Shown: in pieces, positions 23,684 to 31,825 of the stretch | Layout: each line of letters begins with the position of its first letter | How positions within the stretch are numbered: position 1 is the stretch's first letter | Virus record (IMG/VR): IMGVR_UViG_3300045988_159010 | Source: a virus | DNA: 31,825 nucleotides | Reading direction: 5' to 3' (one strand) | The notes under the pieces: model-generated | What the model saw: the letters and a program-made list of their open reading frames with translations, nothing else | Databases searched by the model: none | Told to the model about the DNA's origin: nothing | Made by a program: the position numbers and the translations under genes

Positions 23684-26600
23684 TTATTCTTCATCTTCTG
23701 CTACTCCTTGATATCGTTCACTTCTTAAAATTAAATCCCCATTTGATTGAATAGTGTCAATATGATAAAGTTGATGACCAGCAGTTGAGGCATATTTTTT
23801 AGCGATGAAATCATCGCCTGAACGGATACCTTGAACTACAATCATATTGCCCCGATTAAACCAAGATTTTTCAATAATTTTTTTAGTTCCATCAGGTTGT
23901 TTTTGAGAAATTTGTTTATCGAATAATGTAAAATATTCTTTTCTAAATTTTACATTTACTACTCCTGTTGGAGTAAGAATTGTTACAATACTTTTATTTT
24001 TATTTTTAGCAATACAAGTACCGCATAATTTAGATAAATAATAAATATTTATTGTTTTTCCAGCTTTAACAAAACTTCTTTCTACTACTGGATCTTCAGG
24101 TAAGTTATAAAAATCAGCGAAGCCATATTTACTTTGATTAACTTGAGCCAATTCATGTTCATGATAATAGAAGCATAATACTTCCATTTCCCAAGCTGAA
24201 TAATTTACTTTAGGACAATATTTTTTCCAATCGTCTTTAAATATAATTTCATTTAATTTATTTAAAATTTCTTTTTTATTATCAGCAATTTGTTTACGAT
24301 AAATATCCATCCAACCTTGATAAACTTTATCATTCCAATCTTTAATATTTAAATAAAAATTAGAATCTTTACTCTGAATTAAATCATCTTTATCAATTTT
24401 TTGTAAGAACTCAATAGCTCTATCATCCAATTTGTAATAAACTTTATCATATTTACAAATTTGTTTTAAATAACGAGTAAATTCATAAATGTGTAAAGCT
24501 TGCTGCCGTTCAAGAGTATCTGCAGGAAGAAGATTGAATTTCATTAAAGTAGCTAAATTTTGAAGATTAAGATTTTTCTTTTTATCACAAGTTTCCCAAA
24601 TATACCAGACCATACAAAGTTTTCTATCCATCATATGATCAAATGCTCCCCCTTTAATAAGTGAAATCATTGCTTGCTTATTAGGATTAACCTTATTTAA
24701 AAAATCTCTTGGGGATTTATAAGGTCTATTTTCAATAATAGTTTTAACTACATCATCACCAACATTTAGCATACCTTTTAAGCCAAATAGGATTTGATTA
24801 TTTTCAACGTCAGGAATAAAACTAAATTCTGATTTATTAATATCAGCAAGGCTTACTTGAATACCAGCTTTACGAATATCTCCAATAGCTTTAGCGATCT
24901 TTCCATAGTCAGTAGAATTAGTTTTTCTTACTTTAGATTTTTTATCAGGCAAATCTTCAAAAGTAACTCCATTAGCTAAATCATCTGCTTCTGGATCATA
25001 AATATCTACAATTTCTTCTTCACTATTGTCTTCCAAAGATCCACTATTAACAATCAGACAAGCACAATTCCAATAGATAGGATTATAATGAATAACAAAA
25101 TAAATCATTTGAATAGCCACAAAAGAATAAGGAAGAGAGTGATTTAAGCTAAAAGCATATCCTAATTGCGGTGCAACTGCTGTTTCCCAGAAATATTCTG
25201 CATCATTTTTATTATTAAAGCGACTAAATACTTGTTCTTTTAATTGAGGAATCTTAGCCATTTGTTTTTTAGCAACAACTTTACGAGCTGAATTAGCTTC
25301 ACCCAATGTAAAGTGTGCTATATCCATAAGGATTTCCATCATTTGCTCTTGTAAAGGGCAACAACCATAATATTTATCACAATGTTTATGGAATTTATCA
25401 ATAAGCTCTTGCGGCAAATGATGTTGTTTCATTTCTTGATCAAATGCTTGGATACCTTGATGCTGAATACGATAAAATCTATCTTGTTGTGATTCCTTAC
25501 CTTTTTCAGACATAAGACGCATCATGGCATTAGCCGCAGTCATTTCCATAGGATCTTGTGGTTTTAGTTTTTTAGCAATCGCTAAACCAACACCAGTAGA
25601 GAACTAGAAGCAGTCTAATACATCACCGGCTGCAAGATGATCCCAAATGCTTTGATCTGTTGTATCTATTACTTCTGGATGAATATATTGATTATAAAAA
25701 TCTCTTAAAGATAAGTCAGGAATTTCTTTTGCCTTTAATAATAATTCATAACAAGTAATAATTTTGTCAGAAGCTTCAGTAACAAGGAAATCATATTTTG
25801 TATCACCTGCTGCTTCAGCTTGATGTAAATCCCAACAAGTAATTAAACTGCCACTAGGCGTTCTCATAAATGCTGCTGTATCATATGGGTCATCACCATA
25901 AAGAATAACACCGGAAGCATGAGAAGAACGTTTATTAACAATACCACCAATATAAATAATTATATCAAGAAGACCTGGGTATTCATTTACTTTATTAATA
26001 AATGTTTTTACAGGCTTTCTATCTTTTTCTTCATTACCATAAATAACATCATTAATTTCCCATAAAAATCCACGCTCTTGCGGAATAAGAGAAGACATAT
26101 ATTGGGCTTCATCTACATCAATACCATTTGGATAATCATCAGATCTATAACCTCTACAAGCCGTAAGAATAGCAGATTTAGTAGTTTCAGTACCAAATGT
26201 AGCTACCTGAATTAATCCTAATTCTCCACGTTCTTTACGGATAGCTTCAAAAATGGCTGGACGCTTTGAAGGAGCCAAATCAATATCAATATCAGGCAAT
26301 TCAGCTCTCTCTTTATTCAAGAATCTCCAATATGGTAAACCCCATCGAATTGGATCCAATTGGGTTATTCCCAATAGATAATTAGATAAGAAGCCTGTGG
26401 CCGAACCACGTCCAGGACCTACTATTGAGCCACAATTCCAAAACAAATCAATATAATGTTTAAAAGTATTAAAATAAGCAAAAAGGCAATCATCTAATTT
26501 TTCGCCAATATCTCTTATAATATCAGCTTCAATTTCAAGACGAGCTAAATAATTTTCATTATAATAAAGTTGTTTTTCTTGTAAAGCTTTAATACATTCA

Positions 26601-27664
26601 TTTATCCAATATCGTTCTTGAATATTATCACTATTAATTAAAGAACAAATAATAGGATATTTATCAATCCATTCTATAGGGATAAAACCTTTTTTATAAT
26701 CTAATACTTCTACTTTTGGAATTATTTGTTTTCTCTCAAGAGAAAAATCTTCAATTTTATTTTGAATTTCAAGAGTATTATTTAAAATTTCTTTAGCTAT
26801 TTCTTCTGGTTGTTCTTCAATATCTAAATATATAAAACAAGGGACAATTAATTCAAAAACTTCATCATAAGTCATTAAATGAGCAAATTCATAAAACTTG
26901 TCAACTTCTCGTTCTCCATCTTTTGAATTAAGATAAGCTTTATGAATTGGTCTATCTTCTTTCGTTAAATAATGGCTATCAGTAGCAACTTCTACTTTAA
27001 TTCCATATTTATGACCGATTTTATAAATCATATGGTTTACAAGTTTTTGATCTGCCGCGGTCGATGGAGCAATTTCTAAATAGAAATCGTCACCAAATAA
27101 GTCTTGACAGAAAGTAAGAAAAGTATCTATTTGTTTTAAAATTTGATACAATTCATAATTATTTTCTTGTTCTTTATATTCTACAGCTTTTAAAAGACAA
27201 GTACCTAATTCTCCACCAATACATGCAGTAGTGGCAATTAAATGCCCCTTATATTTCTCTACTACTGATTTTAATTCATTCTTTAAAAGTGGAACACGTT
27301 CCATTTTTCTATCAACATATAAATTTTGCCAAGCAATTGAGCTTAATTCTTTTAATGCTCGATATCCTATAGCATCTTTAGCAATTAAAATAAAATGGTA
27401 ATACTTTTGTCCTGTGCTTCTATCATCAGTTAAATAAATTTCATTGCCTAATGCTATTTTAAAATTTGGATATTTTTCTTTGATTTTTTTAGCATATTGA
27501 TTTACTGTCATATGAGCAGAAAGACTTTCGTGATCTGTGATAGCAATTCCCGAAAGTCCTAATTCAATAGCTTTATCAATTAAAGTTTCTGGCTTATTTA
27601 TACAATCCAGTAAACGGAGGTTCGAATAATCAGTATGATTATGGCAACCAAAATAAGTATTCAA
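23684..27664 (-). CDS. dnaE: DNA polymerase III alpha subunit (DnaE-type, N-terminal PHP domain), 1326 aa. One gene containing a single in-frame TAG at 25604-25606
   Basis: PHP motifs HNHTDYS and ITDHESL. RBS AAGGAGG plus a TTG start at 27664. ORF-track pieces 25604-27664 and 23684-25549 are in the same frame. The 18 codons between them (FSTGVGLAIAKKLKPQDP) have no stop. Ends at TAA. Confidence 0.85.
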
Positions 27665-27702
27665 TTCCCTACCTCCTTAATTTATTATTATTTTCTATAA
27701 AT

Positions 27703-27731
27703 ATTATATCATAAAATTTCATCAAAATCAA
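27703..27731 (-). promoter_or_regulatory. SigmaA-type promoter for dnaE
   Basis: On the - strand: TTGATT, a 17-nt spacer, then TATAAT. It sits about 30 nt upstream of the dnaE RBS. Confidence 0.5.
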
Positions 27732-27733
27732 TT

Positions 27734-27925
27734 TTAAAAATCATCTATCTAATTAGCTATTCTATTTATGATACCGGCTAATTCAATTAAATTCTATTTA
27801 TATGTTGATAAATTATTTTTTAATTTTTGATTTTCATTGCGTAAATAATTAATTTGGTTTTGATTTTGTTGTTGTTGTAGATCTAACTCATGACCTAGCT
27901 AATTAAGCAAATTTTGTATTTCCAT
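27734..27925 (-). CDS. Small coiled-coil protein (63 aa), 3 in-frame TAG
   Basis: RBS GGAG plus ATG 27925, which overlaps the upstream TAA (TAATG). With TAG=Q the sequence reads LQQQQNQNQINYLRNENQKLKNNL. Confidence 0.4.
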
Positions 27926-28524
27926 TATTCTATAATCTCCAAATGATAATTATTTTTTTCATTTAAACAGTCCAAAAGAGTATAAAATAAACTATGATAA
28001 TAAGGTGGAACCCATTCTGGAGATAAACAGATAAAATATTTATCATAAGAATTAGCAAATTTAAATTCTTTAAATGGTATTTTGTTATATTCAAAAGGTA
28101 CTTCATAATTAGGATTCCAAGAATTATTATTATGAACCCAAGTATAACTTTTTAATTTATTCTAATCATAGAAATATTTAACCCAATCAGCACAACTACA
28201 ATCACACAATTTATTTTCTGCGTCTTTAGGATTATAAAAAATATCATGATGATGATCTATATTAGTTATATTTAAATCATAATCATATTGTAAATATTCT
28301 TTTATTTTATTATGACCATAAGAAATATAAATAGAAGTTGTTTTATCTATAGTTCGTAATAAATATCTAAGTATATTAGAATAAATATTTAAATCAGCAG
28401 GAGTTGTTGTAAGATTGGGTAAACTTTTTAATAAATCATCCCAATTAGTCCCAGGAACCATATTATTATATAAATTAATACTTGGTGCCATAATAATATC
28501 AAAATCTATGCTTAATACATTCAT
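27925..28524 (-). CDS. Hypothetical protein (199 aa, IDHHHD motif), 1 in-frame TAG
   Basis: RBS AAGGAA plus ATG 28524. The ORF-track piece 28162-28524 extends through a TAG to TAA 27925-27927. Confidence 0.45.
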
Positions 28525-28527
28525 ATA

Positions 28528-29646
28528 TTATTTCCTTATAACTACTAATTTTTCACTGGCTCTTGTAATGCCAGTATATAAATATTTCTAATGTTCTAAT
28601 GTATCAAAAGGATGGGCTTCTTCAATTAATAACACTTTATCCCATTCACTACCTTGAGCTTTCCAAACAGTTATTGCATAAGCATAAGCAAAATAATAAG
28701 GAGCTTCTAATGCATCAGAATTTCTAGCAAAACTATTCATTCTAAATGCTTGCTTATTATCAAAGGCTGGAGTACCTGTAATTAAAGCCTCATAATCAAT
28801 AGGTATAGATTCAAATCTTCCATTGGGTATATCCATCCCCGTAAACATATACTGAAGTTGTTTATTATAAATAAAGCTTGGATAATTATATGGAATAATT
28901 TGATAATTAGTAATCGTTCCAATACATCCATTAGTTAAAGGCCATAAACCATCAGTAGATGTAAAATCCCAATGGTTAGTTAATCCTATAATTTTATCTC
29001 CTATTTCTGGAGTAGCTCCTCGTCCTTGTCGCTCTCGAACTTTATTATTAATTTTAATACGTCTTTTATTAGATGCACATAAAGTTTGATCTGCCCAATC
29101 ATACATTTCTGGAATTAATTCATATGGCCTTAAAATCTAGACCTATTCTTTAGCTACTGGGAATTGCCCAAGGGGTTTACCTTCTCGTACCCACATAGAT
29201 AATCTAATAATTTCACTATCTTGGGCCTGTCGCATAATTTCATCTAAAAAGATATGCGGCTTATCTAAGACATGATTATCTTCATTTTGGTCTACTGGAG
29301 GAAGCTAAAAGGGATCACCACAAGCAATTACATATTTATGGTGAGAAAGAAGTAAATCCCACATTGTTTTAGGTAACATTGATATTTCATCTACAATGAT
29401 TACTTTATATGGAATAGGCCATCTTTTTTTTAAATAAAATGTACCATTAGGTCTTGGTTTAGCTTCATATAGTAATTTATGTGCTGTTGTTGCATTAGGA
29501 CATCCTTTTGTTTGAAGAACAGTAGCTGCTTTGCCAGTATAAGCTACATATGCTACATCAGTTTCAGGATTTAAATTCAATGATTGAACTATAAATTTTA
29601 CTAATGTAGATTTACCCGTTCCAGTTAAGCATAGCCAGCAATACAA
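28528..29646 (-). CDS. Dda/RecD-like SF1 ATP-dependent DNA helicase (about 372 aa), 3 in-frame TAG. N-terminus uncertain (TTG start)
   Basis: Walker A LTGTGKST and Walker B IIVDEISM. With TAG=Q the motif GDPFQLPPV is restored. Further motifs ITVWKAQGSEWDKV and LYTGITRASEKLVVI. ORF-track pieces 29305-29646 and 28588-29106 are in the same frame and are joined through TAGs. Confidence 0.75.
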
Positions 29647-29706
29647 GTATAAGGTTCACGGCTCTTGTATCTGGCTACGGCAATTTTCAATCCAGCATTC
29701 TATTTA

Positions 29707-30120
29707 TCAGTTAGTATCAATGGGATTTACTTCTCCTTTCCATATAAATTCATCATTTTCAAAGACTACCTTCATTGGTTTTTCTTGAGCTGTTGGAATA
29801 ATATAAACATAATCTTCATCAAATGGCATTTTTAATCTACTATCACCATTTTCATCAAAAATTTCTAAATCATATTTTCGATTTGAGCTTTCGGTCTCTA
29901 CGCCTGCTCTTGGCCGGAGCATAGCCATCTTTTTGTTGCCCTTGCCGCCCCTAATTTCATAGGCATCACAAGGAGCTATTTTATTAAATTCATCAAGGTT
30001 AGCTATTAAATCATTAATAGCTTTTCCAGCTTCTTCAGCTGAAATACCAAAGCTACCCCAAGAAGTAGCCATTTTATTTATAAGTTTATTAAATTCATCT
30101 TCATTGAACGAAGTATTCAT
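29707..30120 (-). CDS. Hypothetical protein (137 aa)
   Basis: Complete ORF ending in TGA. Overlaps the upstream gene by 20 nt. Confidence 0.4.
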   Translation of the reverse strand: MNTSFNEDEFNKLINKMATSWGSFGISAEEAGKAINDLIANLDEFNKIAPCDAYEIRGGKGNKKMAMLRPRAGVETESSNRKYDLEIFDENGDSRLKMPFDEDYVYIIPTAQEKPMKVVFENDEFIWKGEVNPIDTN

Positions 30121-30829
30121 AGGCTATTGTTGCATATTGTTGTCTAACATAATTTGATTGCGGTAATCCTCTTTCATAGCATTTCATAAAAGCTAAAGCA
30201 GCTTCTTGCTCATTTTCCAATTCTAAAAATTTTTCAAAATTAAAATTATTTGAATAACAAAAACCAAACATATCAATTTGATATTTAATATCATCACGAA
30301 GAAAATCCATTTGGCCCTTTAGGTCTGCACCCCATACTTCATCAGTAAATACCTGATTCCATTGACATAATCCATAAAATCCATTACCATAAATAGTAGT
30401 TTGCAAATCTAAAGTCCCGCCACCAACCTCAGCCATCATATTACCTAAAATACCAGCACATACGTAATTATTCCAGCCAAGATTTTTCATATATTCCCAA
30501 ATAAGAGTAGCGTCCTTGTATTCAAGGTCATCTAATTCTTTATTAATTTTATCTAATTGATTTTGATAAAATTTAATAATTTCATTATAAAAATACCACT
30601 GACTTTTAGCACTTATAATTGGTTGACTATTTTCTGTATAACCAATCATTCGAGCTTTATCAGCCACTAAATGCACTTCTTCTTTTTTCAATGTATATTC
30701 TTCAATTAAATTGATAAGTTCCCAATAATTATTGGTTTCTTTTAAAGGAGTATATTCAACAGCTATTGCACTTACATTAATAGTTAAAATTAAAAGAATA
30801 CTAATAATTATAATAATTTTTGTTTTCAT
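30101..30829 (-). CDS. Secreted protein with a putative lysozyme-like (phage tail lysozyme family) domain
   Basis: Sec-type signal peptide MKTKIIIIISILLILTINVSA. The segment GILGNMMAEVGGG...GLCQWN resembles the GNxxxESG...GxxQW signature of the phage tail lysozyme family, as recalled from memory. Confidence 0.4.
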   Translation of the reverse strand: MKTKIIIIISILLILTINVSAIAVEYTPLKETNNYWELINLIEEYTLKKEEVHLVADKARMIGYTENSQPIISAKSQWYFYNEIIKFYQNQLDKINKELDDLEYKDATLIWEYMKNLGWNNYVCAGILGNMMAEVGGGTLDLQTTIYGNGFYGLCQWNQVFTDEVWGADLKGQMDFLRDDIKYQIDMFGFCYSNNFNFEKFLELENEQEAALAFMKCYERGLPQSNYVRQQYATIAYEYFVQ

Positions 30830-30846
30830 ATTTTTCTCTCTATCTA

Positions 30847-31825
30847 TTAAAAATAATATTTTACATTTTTAGTAATATGATAATCAGTAATAAAAATTTC
30901 TGGATTAGTTTTTCCTAAAAATTCATTTATTTTACAAGTACCTATAATATCAATAATAATACATCCTGTATCACTATGTAAATTATTATATTCTTCTTGA
31001 TTGACATTAAATTTAATTAAATCTAAATCATTTGGTAATTTAATCTTTAATGTTCCAGTAGTCTCTTTAGGATAATAAATTACATTATTATTTGTAAGTT
31101 TTAAATTTTTAATAACTATATATGGCTCTTTAAAATTCTATCCCCATAAAGGTTCAAATTCTGGTATTTCTAATATAGTATTTATATCAATATTATTACT
31201 ATCAAAAATATAATCGGCTAAATAAACTGGCTAACCATCATAACCATACAATTTACTATTTGTATCTGTTATAAATTTTCTTATATTGCTATCTGCGATT
31301 TTCGCACCAAAAGCTCCCTAATGACCTTCTGCAAATTCAAAATATCCAGTAGAGTTAAGATAAGCCTTAAAATCTTTTATAGGCTCAAAAAACTCATAGC
31401 CACGACCTGATCCTTCCCAGTATTTTATTCCATTTTCAATTACTTCATTAAGTATAAGAGTTGGCTTCTAAAATCTATTTGCAAATTCATTTGCAATTAA
31501 TCCAGTTAAATTTTTATTTACCTCATACTTTTTCTCCAACTAAACAACTAAAATCTAATCATTTAATAAACCTTGTTCTTCGATTAATTTCTCAATTATT
31601 TCAACATTAGTATCACGGATCTTAGTCTATCGCGTTTTTACATTACCACTTACTCGGCATGCTTGTTCTACAATAGTTTCTGCCTATCCTTTACATCCTC
31701 TTTTGGTTGATGGAACTAAATCATAAGCAAGAAAATCTAACATACTCTAAAATACAACTTGTCGTTCATCAATTTCTCCAACACGTGTGACTGCATTAAT
31801 AAGTGGAGCAATATAAAAAGCAACA
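30847..31825 (-). CDS. RecJ-like DHH-family exonuclease, C-terminal (DHHA1) part. 5' partial at the window edge. About 9 in-frame TAG
   Basis: DHHA1-type motif FAEGHQGAFGAKI, cf. GGGHxxAAG. The frame stays open from the window end through TAGs to TAA 30847-30849. Confidence 0.5.

Noticed and set aside
27605-27625. GGTTCGAAT, a tRNA T-loop-like string
   Set aside because: There is no complementary T-stem or acceptor stem around it. It lies inside the dnaE coding sequence. No tRNA was detected in the window.
23684-27664. The ORF track shows two separate polymerase genes (686 aa and 621 aa)
   Set aside because: They are in the same frame and separated by one TAG plus 18 stop-free codons. This is a single dnaE gene.

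Overview
AT-rich (~30% GC) phage or prophage DNA with two converging gene modules that meet at a bidirectional terminator near 16.97 kb.

The + strand (1-16955) carries a late, structural and lysis module. It holds five very large virion genes, an LL-H-type holin, and a post-holin cluster of small unusual proteins: Q-rich, Gly/Trp-rich membrane, BclA C-terminal-domain-like, and Tyr-rich.

The - strand (17003-31825) carries a replication and nucleotide-metabolism module: RecJ-like DHH exonuclease (partial), a secreted lysozyme-like protein, Dda/RecD-like SF1 helicase, DnaE-type Pol III alpha with PHP domain, guanylate kinase, anaerobic RNR NrdD plus activase NrdG, dUTPase, and RuvC-like resolvase.

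The main result is that TAG is not a stop codon here. Every long gene reads straight through in-frame TAGs, and every gene I traced to its end terminates at TAA or TGA. Contexts such as SSQQQQPAF (tag tag caa tag), and my recollection of the NrdD C-terminus, suggest TAG encodes Gln, a genetic-code-15-like recoding. TAG density is extreme in the late module: about 35 in virion gene A (the 5'-truncated 2-3073 gene) and 11 of 78 codons in the 14847-15083 gene. It is low or zero in core enzymes: 0 in gmk, dut and nrdG, and 1 in the 1326-codon dnaE.

The supplied six-frame ORF track is therefore heavily fragmented. For example, dnaE is split into 686-aa and 621-aa pieces, and nrdD into four pieces.

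No tRNA, CRISPR array or transposase was recognised in the window. The suppressor tRNA that the code requires must lie elsewhere.
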